60,000 nucleotides of DNA from Lytechinus pictus (Eukaryota), in NCBI RefSeq assembly GCF_037042905.1, contig NC_087251.1:27096001-27156000 (forward strand). Direction: 5' to 3'. Of this stretch, positions 1 through 13,812 are shown one piece after another. Numbering within the stretch: the first letter of the stretch is position 1; each line of letters opens with the position of its first letter. Made by a program: the position numbers and the translations under genes. Under the pieces are notes generated by a model. That model saw only the letters and a list, made by a program, of their open reading frames with translations, made no database searches and had not been told where the DNA came from.

Positions 1-556
1 GTAACGTGATAAGGGTGTCAAAAACACAAAAATATTGAAAAAAGGGTATCTATTTCGCTCGGAAAAATATACGTGTTTAGGGTCAAATATGCGGAGATGA
101 TAAAACAAAATCAAAATGTTTTATAAAGGATGTCTTTTTTGCCCCAACACTACGTGTTTAGAGTCCGATTTGCGCGAGGTGTAGAAATAATGGTGTGTAA
201 AGGTAAAACCGACGACCGACGGACCCGTGACATAACAATAAAATATCGCTGTACTTGTTTAGGGGTTCATTTCAGGGAATACTTGCCAAGAGTACCGTTT
301 TGTTTCCAATACTTGTTAAGGGGTGCATTTTCAGAATATGGAAAATACATCGCTGTACTTAATTGTTTAGGGGCTCAATTCTGTGAATACTTGCCAATAG
401 TATTTATTTTCAATACTTGTTAAGGGTAGGGTTTCACACGCCAATACTTGTTAAGGGGTGCATTTTCAGAATATGGAAAATACGTGTTTAGGGTGCTTTT
501 CAAGACCCCGTGGTCGCGCATGGTATCCACTCGTCAATGGAAGTGGCCCCTCCGGG
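1..556. repeat. Right-hand part of an interspersed repeat (probable non-autonomous DNA transposon) with internal sub-repeats
   Basis: Recurring TACGTGTTTAG(G/A)G and AATACTTGTTAAGGGGTGCATTTTCAGAATATGGAAAATAC units, ending in ...AAGTGGCCCCTCCGGG; left end lies outside the window. Confidence 0.45.
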
Positions 557-745
557 CAGGCTATACAAGAATAGGGGGAAACCCTTATTTGCATGACGTG
601 ACTAATTTAAACAATTGACTGAAAACGGTCCATCGGACCAATCACTCCACGCATGGACCCCAATGGACCCTACCAAGGGTCCATGATCCATGTAAGAAGT
701 TTTTTTTAATTTAGTTACAACGATCTACAAATCAATTCAACTTTC

Positions 746-1027
746 CATGGGCGGAAATCTGTCCCCAAAGGTAGGGGCGACCAGGGCCTGGAAAATTTGA
801 CAAGCAAAAAAAAAAGAGGGTTTTCACCCAAAATATAAGGTCATTTAGTCCAAAATACATGTCATACATACATGTACATGTATTATTTCGATTGTGAAGT
901 GATGTATTCTTCGATCACCATCATAAAAGACCAAAAATAGTAGGGGGAATTAACATTTGATATTGTGTCCCCCTACTATTTTTGGTAGGGGGACACGTCC
1001 CCCTGCCCCCTGGGATTTCCACCCATG
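746..1027. mobile_element. MITE with 14-bp terminal inverted repeats
   Basis: CATGGGCGGAAATC ... GATTTCCACCCATG; TTC on both flanks (possible 3-bp TSD). Confidence 0.6.
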
Positions 1028-1716
1028 TTCCCATTTCTAAAGAAGTACACACAAATACACCGAGGCACCGCAGTGGACTAGTCTGCTATGCAGACTCTGA
1101 ATGGCTCGTGAAGTGGGATCTACAGCTGGTTTGCGAAGCAAACCAGCCTGAAAGGGCGAGCGAAGCGAGCCATTTCAGAGTCTGCTTCTTCTTTGGAAAT
1201 CTTGTTCCCACGGTCAAAATAAGTCCCACCCACCCAAAATTTCAGAGAGCTTTCATTGGATAACTTCATCTGTCTGTAAACCAAATTTTAGGACCCCTGA
1301 GGAGTATAGATAATCCCTACTTCAACCACAGAGCCATGAGCAGGGTTATTATGTAATACACTCGCTCAGGCCATCAGACAGTGTTTACATATGACATTCC
1401 ACTGAGCAGCTGCATGTATGGCCAAAACCATGCTCCATGGCCCATGGTAGTGGTATTATCAAACACTTTTCATCATATCAAACATATTCAATTCAATTCA
1501 ATCTTTATTTCGCAAATAGGATAAAAATACAAGGAAACATAAAATAATGTGATTAGATAATAAAAATAAATTGCGTGGCTTCCCATGAAGGTAATTAATA
1601 AGAAACAGCTCTGCAGCTCTAGTAGACATATAGTCTGTTATGCAGACTCCTTGAATCAGCTGTGATACACACACTGCAGATGTGGGTCTACAGTTGTAGA
1701 CTATAGCAGTGGACCG

Positions 1717-1890
1717 CAGGGGCCGCGGAACGGTTTTCAAAGTGGGGGGGCTGAGCCAAAAGTGGGGGGGGGGCTGACCATGCTAAAAATCACAATCATA
1801 TGGTCAATTTTACGTTTTTGTACACGGTTTTGGGAAAAAGTGGGGGGGGGGGCTGAAGCCCCCCCAGCCCCCCCGGTTCCGCGGCCCCTG
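1717..1890. mobile_element. 174-bp MITE with CAGGGGCCGCGGAA TIRs and 5-bp TSD (hAT5-like)
   Basis: TIRs CAGGGGCCGCGGAA/TTCCGCGGCCCCTG; GACCG duplicated at 1712-1716 and 1891-1895; second copy in opposite orientation at 51868-52046. Confidence 0.85.
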
Positions 1891-2455
1891 GACCGTACTG
1901 CGCTGTACTTTATTTTGATGGCGACATGTGATGCCGCCAGTTTTATAGGAAGGGTGAAAAGAGTGATTTGATAGATGGTTGGGATCGCTTTCAGTATTAT
2001 CGAACCTGGATGTTATTATGCACATGACGGAAAATCAATGCCACATTGTATACTGAAATTTAGCTTAATGTTGTCTGTTAACAGTTTCAATTATTTTCTC
2101 ACTCTGTACGCATATCAATATTGGCATTTAATATTCATTATATAGAACTGTGTTTTTGTAATCTGTTTTTTTAATTGTGTGGGTGAGCTTGTGCGTGTGT
2201 GTAATAATATAATACCTGTATATGCCATTTTATTTATGTATTCTTCGTAAATATTGAGTTTGTTATGGAGTATAGGACTCAAGGACAGCAGTTTGTATAT
2301 TGAGGTAACCCTGATTAAATAAAACTGATAAAAAATAAATAGATAAGTTCACATTCATTCTGAAAAGCGATTGTCCGTGATCAATATGTTGCCCGTATTG
2401 GAGTCTCCTATATACCAATGCTCTGCAAAACTCTTTGAGTACTGTATTTCAATAA

Positions 2456-2695
2456 AACAAGTGAAATGCATCTGGCAGTATCGCCTGCATTACCCGACTC
2501 AATACAGCAACAATGTTGACTATGAAAAGAATTAACACGAATGATTAGTAACAAAAATTGACACTAATAAACTTTTTACTTGATCATTTCAAAACTTTAT
2601 CTTGGTTAAGATTTAAATGTTGACGACGCCGCCATTGCCACCGTCGAAAAAGCGGCGCCTATAGTCTCGATCCGCTATGCAGATGAGACAAAAAA
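2456..2695. mobile_element. Helentron/HINE-like non-autonomous element (short copy)
   Basis: Starts AACAAG, has sub-terminal GTATCGCCTGCAT inverted to the terminal ATGCAGATGAGAC; 3' GTCTC..GAGAC hairpin then A-run; same end sequence at ~36420-36505 and ~37015-37100. Confidence 0.5.
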
Positions 2696-3140
2696 CGAAC
2701 TTAATTATCAAGTCTCGAAACGTACGAGAACTCGATCAGCGCTTTGATAATTAAGCAATTTCATTAGTCTAATAGTTTTTTGGTTTCACAAACAGTGCAC
2801 CGATCTGGAAATGCCAATATGGCCATGTTTCATGATGTAATGATAATGACTGAAAATTGCTAGTACCTCTAAAACAAATGTATTCCATTGAACCAATCAA
2901 ACGACAGCTTTTTACTTGCAACTGATACGTGATGGCATATTTTATGCAAAATGATTTTGCGAGTAGTTATAAGCAAAGTTCCTCATCAGAGACTATCATT
3001 GACGCAAATTCAAAGAAGTTCATAGTTATTTCACGACAGACATATTCCACAAAAATACCATCGTCTTTCAGAGAAGGGATTGTATACATCTCGTATCTTC
3101 TTACTTCATTATCGGTTGGTACTTTAAAATGCATTTTCAT

Positions 3141-4187
3141 ATGAATTTAAGCCTAAATAACTTTGATAATGATGCAAATGCTACTCTCGGGAGCGGAGGG
3201 CATTTGACTACATTTGATACCATTCGTCTGGTTGGTCTATACCGATTTGTGTCTTGATCGAAGTGACAGTGAATATATTCTTTATCGTACTTTTCGCAAG
3301 TGATCGCGACCTTGATATCAATGAGAATGATAAGCTTCTGTACAAACTCATTGCAATTCATGATATCATATCGTCTGCTGTCCAAAAAACCTTCTTCTTT
3401 ACTTTAATGTTTGGGAAATACTTTCATGTGAATATATCTGGTTGTTTGTTATTGGCAACCACGTACGTCCTTTGTTACCAACTTTCTGCCTGGCAAGTCT
3501 GTGCAATTATCCTGAATAAGTTCATGTTCATCAAGAATCCGTTGAGATACTACAACATGGTCACTAAACGTCGGATGATAGTTTTTCTGTTGATTGGTGG
3601 GATGCTGTCTTTGAACGTCTTCATTCTGTTACCTATCAAAGATTTCCCTTGGACAAGTATCAGCAAGTGTACTGTCTTTGGGGTGATTAAACCGACAAAG
3701 CTATCAACATCACAGTTCCTGTTTTACACCTTGGGAATACTTCTTCCTGGATTCTCTCTACCCATCGTCATAGTAGCTTTCCTGAACACCCGGTTATTTG
3801 CTCTAGCTATAAAGCAAGCTAGATCTAACCGTCGTGTCGATGTGATGGCCCTTGCTAACCCTCGACAAAGTGAGGGAGAAACTCGAGCAGAGAAAGAACG
3901 AAATCGTGCTAAACTCAGAGGATACTTAAACATTTTTTATGTTGTCAATCTAGTTCTAGTAGCACTATTTGGAGCTATTTTTTGCGTTTTATTCCTGTTC
4001 ATACAACCAGATTTTCTCAACTATGACCATGTTGTATATAGACGTAGCGTTACTGTTTAGTGATGTTAGGTATGTATTTTGGTGGAGTAAAGTGAGCGTT
4101 CTTGCTCTCAGTGATGTCAAATTACGAAGAGTAGTCATGAAGCGTTTATCAGTAATATGCTGTAAATGTAAACATGGTAATCATTAA
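3141..4187 (+). pseudogene. GPCR cluster copy 1: intronless class A GPCR pseudogene (two frameshifts)
   Basis: ATG 3141 gives MNLSLNNF...DTIRLVGL, homologous to paralog N-termini, then frameshift at ~3240; ORF 3254-4060 covers TM1-TM6; a 16-nt insertion (4025-4040) moves TM7/helix 8 (DVALLFSDVRYVFWWSKVSVLALSDVKLRR) into ORF 3969-4187. Confidence 0.85.
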
Positions 4188-4729
4188 CATAAGGTGATTA
4201 AATTGCCCTTGCCACAATTGCTCCGGGTTGTATAAATTAAGGGTTATGGTTAGGGTTTGCAACATGGTTTTATGTTGGATTAGAGTTAGGTTTGAGGGTA
4301 TAGTTTTAGGGATTGTAGTTAGCCATTCGATTCGCGTATGGAATTTATTGCAGAGCAATTGTCGCCGGAGCAAATTTCATGGAACCCAAGTAAATGTACG
4401 ACTGAGCTAAAAAGCCTAAAATTATATACGAACTACCCTTGCTTGGATACATTTTCAAATTTAAGTGACATAGTGATTGTTTTACAACGAATAAAGTCAA
4501 CAGAGGGGAAATGAGAACTGTCACTCGGTCCTGGCCGCGGTATACAAGATAGTGGGTTTTTTCTACAGACGGATATGACAAATGAATATTGATGGACAGA
4601 AGAATTCTACAATAAATTGATAGTCCTCAACATTGAAATACCTTGAACAGACGGAAGGAGAGTTTTTATCTCGATAATAGACTACACATAGTAGGTGGCG
4701 AAACGGGTGACAGAAAATTATTATAATAT

Positions 4730-4990
4730 GGAAGCGTCGTATATAGTGTAGCGGTTTGGACTCTCGTCTTGTAATCAGAGGGTCGTGTGTTCGAATCCCA
4801 ACGCAGCCTAACGACTAGCGTCCTTTGCCAATGTGTCAATCCACACTTTGCCACTATCCACCCGGGTTTTAAATATGTACCCGGTATGGATGTGAAAGCC
4901 TATAATAGTAGGCGTAGCAATTGAGAATGACCGGGGTAATGATAATTGCAATGTAAATTGCTTAGAAATATATTGTATTCAGCATCAAAT
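4730..4990 (+). mobile_element. tRNA-derived SINE
   Basis: tRNA-like head with A-box-like segment and B box GTTCGAATCC (4789-4798), followed by a non-tRNA body (CCACTATCCACCCGGGTTTTAAATATGTACCCGG); related copy at 31200-31338 on the minus strand; 3' end approximate. Confidence 0.7.
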
Positions 4991-6959
4991 AAATGTTATC
5001 ATGATATCATATCCGGTCCCTAAGATACATTTTAATCGGAGCCCCAAATGGCTCAATATAATATATTATATAGGCCCTCAATATAGGCTCTAGTCTAATA
5101 TCTCGCTGATAATTGTTTGTAATCAAAGGAAGATATAAGTGCAGTCGACATGGGTGTCATGATGGTAGCATTCAACATTCCATGACAATTAGTCCGCTGA
5201 AATAGTATATGCTCAGCCGACAATTTATTACTCAAAATACGACAGATTCTCCGGAAATGATTTCTCCGCCGATATCTACTTCGCAGACTGTTCCACCGAT
5301 TGCTTCGAGATATGCTCCACATGCGATTTCTCCACCAATATTTGCTTTGCTGGGTCGCCGCCGACCATGGCTCGCCAGTCGCCCCGACTGCCCTCCCCCT
5401 TTCATTCCTTTCACCCCTTGCCCTCCCCTTTCGGGGAGGGGGGGGGGGCAGGTATCAGGTGTTATCAATGTAATAAACAACAAACTGTTCTAGCGCATAC
5501 AATAACAGAAAGAAAATCACTTATATTTTACATGAGAAATAATGATCAATATATCCCGCAATATATATTGGGTATATTGCTTCACACTGACCAAGTTTTG
5601 ATAACGTACTAAACTTATTCAAAATATATTCGTATTCGAAATTGCAAAGTTGGACCCAGCATTATTTAATGGGGGGGGGGGGATAATACATATTATTTTC
5701 CCAAATCAACTAGTCGAAGAGCTACAGTTCTTTTTTTTAGCGGAGGGGTAATCCTGAACACCAAAGTGTAAGTTTATGTAAGCTTTATCTTGAAAAAAAA
5801 AAGACAAGGTATTTTATTAGCCTGAATAAATGATGATATTTCGTGTATGTATGATTAAAATTTATACAGAACAAGCTAAGGACTACTTTATAATCATGAA
5901 CGTAATGTTTATCTCACTAGACAAAATAATGAAAGCTAGATTTCTGCGTCCTTTGCTTTCGGGTTAATTCGGCGCCCCTAAGTTTAAAATCAGATTGGTA
6001 ATTTAGCTCTCCAATCATAAACATCAATAAGAACGCCAATTCGGCGCCTCCGTTAATATTAAGATGAAATTGGCGTTCATTGATTTACGTCTTTAAGTCA
6101 ATATTTATAGTGTCCCTAATTTTAAACAATTTTGTAAAAGAATTTCGGAGCCCACTTCCTTTCGGGCCAATTTGGCGCTCCTCAAGTTTAAGCTCTCTAT
6201 ATGTGGCATCCCTATTATTTTTTAGATTAATGTGGCACCCTACATAATTATTTATATTGAACATCAAATTCACTCCAAGCTGCTGTCAGGTAAAAATACA
6301 TAATTTGCCTTATATGTGTTAAATGTCTTATTTAAACGAAGAATTATTCTCATTACACAAGTCATGTAAAGAAGCGAGTTTAATTGACTTAATGATACAT
6401 GATCTGAGATTTGTTTTTATCAGGTACATTTTCTCAACATGTCACATGAATGATTCAGAACAAACTGCAGCAACAAGAAACACTACAAAATACGGGAGTT
6501 AATTTAACACCAGCTGGGTATTTATATAAGAAAATACCAGAAAGGTGTTGAAAAAATAACACTTCGGCTTTAGGCTAACGCGAGATATTCATTTAAACAA
6601 CACTAATTAGTGTTAAACCAATATCAGGTTTTTTTAACTGGTGTTGTTTCGACACTTCCCTGGTGTTTTCCAATATAGATACGTTCAAGCTCCACTAAAC
6701 CACGAGGCGTGGCCCAGCGCAGCACGCAGGTAATTTATTACGAGATCGTTTCACATTACTTTTTCTCAATTAATACAATATCGCTTTAATTCTATATTGC
6801 CGTGACTACTCATGCTGTAAGATTTTATGAGATCGTTCCATATTGCTTTTTCTCAATGAATACAATTATCATTATTATCATTACTTATCACTTATACTTT
6901 TGCCACTATGCCTAAAGCGCTTACAATGAATTATTGAATTATGTCATCTCAAAACTACG

Positions 6960-7330
6960 AGCTACGAAAAAGATGGGGTTTTAATGATTTTCTGATAATT
7001 GCTAGTGATGGAGACTAAATAATTGCAAGTTGCAAATCATTTTGAAGTTGACACAGTAAGAGGATCAAAAGCCGACCTATTAGTGCTCTGGTTGGCGTAT
7101 ATACAGAGCCAAATAATTCCTTCAATTCGCTGGAGCCTGTTTATTCAGTGTTTTGTACAAGAAAAAAGTAATTTGAATATTATTCTCTGTTTCAAAGAAA
7201 GCCAGTGTAGTGAATTTAAGAGTAGTTTGGAAGGATGATCTCGAGAAACCTGTAAAATTAATCGTGCTGCCCAATTTCTTAGTCTTTGAATGAAAATTAA
7301 TTGATTAGAGGGAATAGTACCTACCAGGTC
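6960..7330 (-). mobile_element. L2-like LINE ORF2 C-terminal fragment (degenerate)
   Basis: Minus-strand translation IQRLRNWAARLILQVSRDHPSKLLLNSLHWLSLKQRIIFKLL resembles the C-terminus of L2 ORF2. Confidence 0.6.
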
Positions 7331-7859
7331 TCTATGCTCTTCAACATCTCGTCTGCTTGTGGTTCCCAAAGTTTCAAAAACTAGGGGAAGCAACCTTTCC
7401 TCATACGTATCCCATACTATGGAACAGACTCCCTGAATACATCAAAAAATTATCTCTGTTGAGTCCTTAAAAATGTTCTTAAAACCTTTCTTTTTACTTC
7501 TTAATTTCTTTATGCGCCTTGAGCATTCTACAGAGTGGCGCTTTACAAGACACGTGTCTTGTTATTAATCATAGAAAGAGTCCCAATTGAACAATCAATA
7601 CGAAATTTAAATCATGAACGAACAGTGTGATAGGCAGACTGATCAATGAACCTCATGATTCTATAACTGTGCTACAGATATACGAGGCATTGACACGCGG
7701 GAATCAAATATATATAACATTTCCTGACAGTCTAAACAGTGAGCAACCAACATCTAGCTGAACATTTGGAAGACTGCATGCGCAGATGGTAGAGACAGCA
7801 GCGGCAACCCCCCCCCCCCCCCAGTTTGTTTCTAATAATTTTGATTTAGTTTATTCAAT

Positions 7860-8763
7860 ATAAATGATAAATTAACTTGGAAAAATCATATTAGTTACAT
7901 TTCTAACAAAATATCAAAGGTTATTGGTGCAATAAGTAGATTGAAGAAGGTCTTACCTCATAACATACTATTGTCCATTTATCAATCTTTAATAGGATCT
8001 CATTTGATATATTGTAATATTGTGTGGGGAGGATGTTCCTCAGCACATCTCAATAGACTCTTTTTGTTGCAGAAACGGGTAATATGCGTCATCACAGACT
8101 CAGCTCCCTTTTCACATACCAGTCCTTTATTTTTTCAAATTCAGACAACTGAAAATTCAGGATATTCATAAATTACAAGTTGCAATCTTTATGTTTTCTT
8201 ACTTACACAATATACTACCTAAATTTTTAAATGACTGTTTTCATGAGAATAATTTAACTGTTCCTTACACAACCAGGCAGTCAAATCATATCCGTGTCCC
8301 TAAATTAAAATATGAGTTTTCTCGGTCCACAATCATTTTCATTGGTCTAAAGCTATGGAACTGTTTAGATCCTGATATGAAGAGTTGCCCTACATTGTCT
8401 AGGTTTAAGAAGATGTATATAAATAATCTAATTAATTCTTATACTCCCTGATTTTACTTCTATTTTTAATTTTTGAATAACTTTATTGCTTTATGTTTTT
8501 TTTTTTTTGTATTTGCTTGATTGTTTATGATCAGTCATATGTTATCTTTATATGTTGGGGACAAGCCCTTGATAGGCCCCGGGCCTTTGTTTGTCCCTCC
8601 ACTTTTTAATATTCTGTTAATGTTCCGTACTTTGTTTATCCTTTTGTTTTTGTACCAAGTAAGTCTATGTATTGTATTATTCATTGTTCTTTGAATCACT
8701 TTGTGCAATTTTGATGTAATTTTTATTGAATTGTGGAAATAAAATGAATTGAATTGAATTGAA
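7860..8763 (+). mobile_element. 5'-truncated CR1/L2-superfamily LINE remnant with (TGAAT)n tail
   Basis: ORFs 7941-8171 and 8191-8451 (LSIYQSLIGSHLIYCNIVWG, LQKRVICVIT, YTTRQSN, GLKLWN) match the LINE ORF2 C-terminus; AT-rich 3' UTR ending AATAAAATGAATTGAATTGAATTGAA. Confidence 0.75.
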
Positions 8764-9015
8764 TATCATCCACTGTTTTCTATCTGATATACAATTCTGG
8801 AGTTTAACAAGTGCATTATCGAGAGCTCCAGGAATCTTAGGATCAAAAGAAAAATATAATTGTGTGTCATCAGCATAAAAATGATCATTGACACAGGAAT
8901 ATCGGATGACGTCGCCAACATGAAGAGTATTGAGTATATATGGATCGACTATTGACCCCTGAGGGAGTCCAAATTCTGAATATTTCTTTAATTCTATATA
9001 ACCGTCACCACGCAT
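8764..9015 (-). mobile_element. LINE (L2-like) reverse transcriptase fragment
   Basis: [10 protein letters not shown] and [12 protein letters not shown] motifs in ORF 8677-9015; interrupted by the adjacent plus-strand LINE tail. Confidence 0.75.
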
Positions 9016-10958
9016 GCGGTAATGTACTACCTTTTGATTTTCACTGATTCGATCAGAACGGTCCCTGTAATAAAATAATCAATAAAACAAACCAGAAGAG
9101 CATTTTAGGAAGTATGAGGACAAATGGCGATTCAAAGCCACTGAAAAATTGAACAACACCACAGTGTCACGTGAGAAATGACTTTTTAAAATTATTTGTC
9201 TACTGCTGCTTGACGCCAAATAAGGAATACGTAAAACTGAGGATTACAGTTAGTAAAAGATTTAATCAAAACTCTTAAATCATTCTGTGGTCTCCTTTGA
9301 TTTCTTTTACAATGATTCACATGAAAATATACATGGATATGGATAACAAAACATAACTTAACTTAATGATAATAGTTAATGTGAGCCCCCATCATCTCAT
9401 CTGGCCTGACATGCCCCACTTGGCCCTGGTGGTCGGTCCAGTTCCTGGCCTCCGCAGCTTGCGATGTCTCTTCCACTCGGCCTTCGCAGACTGTTGCCCC
9501 TCGATGAGTAGCCCCCATATCAGAGATGTGGCTTCAACGAATTAGTGGACGAGATCGAGCCCCCAATAATGACATGAATTTTGACGAATCATGTCGGTGG
9601 AGAACCGGCGGCAGCTGGGGTCGTTATCTCGTCACCGACGTAGTCCCTCAGTTCTAACTTCGACTGCCTATAGTAACATCCGTAGTCTATTCTAGCTTAG
9701 GTGGCTCTCTCTGAATCACTGAAATTAACCTCCTAATATACCCTACCGTTACTAGGACTAACTGTAAAATTTCTATAAAGTAATTCAAAGAATTTGAGTG
9801 CATAAAGCAATACATTCTTTATAACAAAAGACTTCCTGTGCATCTGTACACCTATATTCATCAATGCTAAAGCACAGTATTAGCTATTTATGACACCTGT
9901 ATGAAAATGCTTACATAATACAAAATATTTTTAACACTAGAACAAAATATGGCATCCACCTAATCTTGTACTCTAAGGGGGGGGGGGGTATCAAACGTCG
10001 CCAACGCTTGCTTTTGAAATATTCAAAACATAATCATTTTTACCCAGGTTTAAATATTCACAACACACGAACTATCTTTATAAACTCAGAACATGAGTCT
10101 AATCAAAGGAATTAAATTAAATAAATTTCTTCCCTGACACACAGACAGTTGTATACGGTTGACAACTTCGAAATAAATTTTTCAATTTCTACACTTGCTA
10201 ACAGAATTTTAAGACAATTTGTTACCAAACTTTCCAGAGATAAGAAAGATTTATTTTCAAAAATGACATCAAGTTTGAATTTCAGCTCAAATAGCGTGGA
10301 TTATGATGGAGATGCTTCATTCGGAAGAGGAGAGCATTTGAACACAATCGACATCGTTCGATTGGTCGGGCTGCTCATTGCTTTTCTGATTGAGGTGACT
10401 GTAAACATCTTCATCATGCTTGCCGCAAGTGATCCCAACGTTGGTATCAAACAGATTGATAAAATTCTTTACAAACTCATTGCCATTCACGATGTTATAT
10501 CATTTGTTATCCATGAAGCTGCGTTCAGCACATTCATGTTTGGGAAGTACTTTCACATTAATTTATCTGGCTGTTTGATATTGGCGACCATGTATGTTCT
10601 TTGTTCTGAGCTTTCTTCGTAGCAGTTATGCGCTTTTGTTTGCTTGTTCATCAAGTATCCTTTGAGATACAACATCGTTACGAAACGTCGGATCATACGT
10701 TTTCTGTTGAGTGGTGGGGTACTGTCTCTGAACGTTATTATGCTGTTACCTATTACGGATTTCTCACTAGCAAGTATCACAGAGTGTACAATCACTGGGG
10801 TGGTTCGATCAGCAAAAATAAGAAAATCAGATTTCCTCTACTACTTTTTTGGTATGTTACCCAGTATGTCGATACCAATTATCACGATTGTTTTTCTCAA
10901 TATTCAACTGTTTAGTATCTCCATAAGCAAGCCAGGATTAACCGTCGTGTAGCTGTGA

Positions 10959-13812
10959 ATCACTCTCTGACACTTTAGAAAATTTTAAAAAAGATGATGA
11001 GATTATAGTGTTGGGGGACATGAATATTTGCCTTTCGAAAAAGTCTCCTTTATCCAAGAAATATGAGAATTTACTTAATCTAAGTGGTTTAAGCCAACTT
11101 GTAAAGCTACCCACACGTACAACTCAGACATCTTCCTCCCTGATAGATCACATATTATGTAGTAAAGAAGAGCATATTAGTCAAAGTGGTGTTATTGACC
11201 TAGGTATAAGTGATCATTTATTGATTTATTGTTCAAGAAAGATTGTCAGGCCCGTATTTGGGCACCACAGAACTGTGTCCATCAGGAGCTTAAAAGGTTA
11301 TAATGTAGATAATTTCAACTTAAATTTATCCCGATCAGACTGGTCCAAGGTAACTGAATGTAAAGATGTAAATATGGCTTGGGCAAATTTTAAATCTATA
11401 TTCTTGTCAATTATAGATATGAGCGCACCTCTGAAAGAGGTAAGAATTAAGCAATCAACTGAAAAATGGATGAACCATGAAATTATTGTTTTAATTAAAG
11501 AGAGAAATGTAGCTTACAAAAATATGAAAAGGAATATTGGCAATTTAGACCTTGAAAGGAAATATAAAGTTTTAAGGAATTTAGTTCAAAGGAAGGTAAG
11601 AAGTGCCAAAACCGAATATTTTCAAGAAAAAATCGAAGAAAACAAAAATGACTCTAGAAAATTGTGGAAGAATTTGAAAGGTTTAGGTCTAAAAAGTAAA
11701 GGGAAATCTGATAAAAAAAACGGTTATTAATGTGCAAGGTGAATTAAGTCACGATAAGGCTAAAATTGCAAATGAGTTTAATCGTTATTTTACAACTGTG
11801 GCCGACAAGTTAGTTTGTAAATTACCAGTAAATACAACAAAATTTCATGCAGAAAGTGACCAATTTCAAAAGTTTTATGAAGAAAAAAGTATTTCAAAAG
11901 GTAGTTTTCATTTTTCCCCCGTTACAGAAAAAATTTGTTTTAGATGAACTAAATAGGTTGAAAATATCAAAAAGTACTGGTTTAGATATGATACCTGCAA
12001 GATTTTTAAAAGATGGGGCAAGAAATTTGTACAAACCTTTGAATTATGTTATTAATTTATCTCTTATGTCTTCTACCTTTCCTAATGATATGAAATTCGC
12101 AAAAGTTACCCCGCTACATAAAAAGAGAGATAAAACTGACGTTAGTAATTATAGGCCAATAAGTGTATTAAGTGTAGTGTCGAAGATTTTGGAAAAATCT
12201 GTTCATGCTCAAGTGGAGAAATACTTCCAAGAAACCAAGCTTATATATAAATTTCAGTCCGGCTTTCGTAACGGATATTCCACTGAAACTTGTTTAATAC
12301 ATTTAACAGATTTTATCAGGAATGAAATTTCACATGGGCGCATGGTTGGAATGGTTCTCCTAGACTTACAAAAAGCCTTTGATACTGTAAATCATAGCAT
12401 ACTTTTAAAGAAATTAGAAGTGATGGGTTTAGACTCTGCATGTGTGACATGGTTTAGATCATATTTATCTAACCGTCATCAGGTAGTTACCATGCAGACG
12501 GTTCTTTCTGATTCACTGCCTATTAAATGCGGAGTCCCTCAAGGAAGCATTTTAGGCCCCATTCTTTTTATGTCTTACATCAATGATATGTGTACTTGTA
12601 TTAACGAATCTAAATTAATTTTATATGCTGATGATAGTGTCTTGCTATATTCAGATACAAATCCCAAGATAATTGATAAAAAACTTAGTGCAGATTTGGC
12701 TAATTGCATCGAATGGATGTCTGACAACAAGCTTAGTTTACACGTTGGGAAAACGGAAAGCATTTTATTTTGTTCGAAACGAAAGTTATGATATACACAC
12801 GATTTCAAGGTTTCATATAATAATCAGGTAATTGAAAGAAAAGATTCAGTAAGATATTTGGGAATTAATTTAACAAGTAACCTATCATGGACGGGTTTGG
12901 TAGACTCAATCGCCAAAAAGGCAAATTCACGCTTGAAATTTTTGTATAGATATCAAACCTGTTTGAATATGAAGTCTAGACGTATTTTATGCTTTGCTTT
13001 AATACAATGTTTATTCGACTATGCTAATGCGGCTTGGTACGGTAGTCTGGGTGTTACGGATAAGAAAAAGCTAAGAATAATTCAAAATAAAATTGTGAGA
13101 TATATAAATGTTTTAGGACCAAGAGCACATGTCGGATATAATGAACTTGAAAAGGCAGGATTGCTTCATGTAGATCACAGGTCACAACAATTAGTATTAC
13201 ACCACGTGCATAAAATATTCTATTCGGATAAATTAGATCATTATATAGCAAATAATTTCACCCGGGTATCAAATATCCATAGGTACGATACTCGAAATAG
13301 TAATTTTAATTTCGTATTACCAAAACGTGAAGGACATATTGGAAACACTTTTTATTTTAATGGCATCCAATCTTGGAATGCTCTTCCTGATAAAATAAAA
13401 GCCGTTAATTTTTTTTGTCAATTTAAGAGTGCATTAAAAAATCACCTAAAACTGGAAGCTGCCCGAGAACAGCATTACCAGTAAAATAACACATTTTGTA
13501 CAGTTGGTTTCTAGTATTGTAGATAATGTATACATTAGGGTATGTTAAAATATAATCTTGTTTCACATATTAGGAAGATTATTGTTTGCTTCAGATGTTT
13601 GCAAATTATATGACTGATGGATATGTTTGTATGTATTTTTCCCCCAATATTCCAGTACTTGTCGTAGTTTATATTTTTTTGTTACAATATGTTAATGTTT
13701 TATACTAACTATAGGACCCCATTGGAAATAAGCCTTTCGGCTTTCATGGGCTATCCTGTCAAGGTATTTCCTCAATTTCATTGTAATCTCCTGTGATATT
13801 CTTGACGAATAA

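Noticed and set aside
4730..4810. tRNA gene
   Set aside because: A/B-box-like head but no convincing cloverleaf; it continues into a repeat body and has a diverged second copy at 31.3 kb, so it is a SINE
9380..9720. GC-richer island, possible exon or retroelement fragment
   Set aside because: No ORF of 60 aa or more, recognisable motif or splice pair found by eye; left unannotated
11008..13484. Retron, group II intron or defence-type reverse transcriptase system
   Set aside because: An APE endonuclease-RT ORF with 3' UTR and simple-repeat tail in a eukaryotic locus is an ordinary non-LTR retrotransposon
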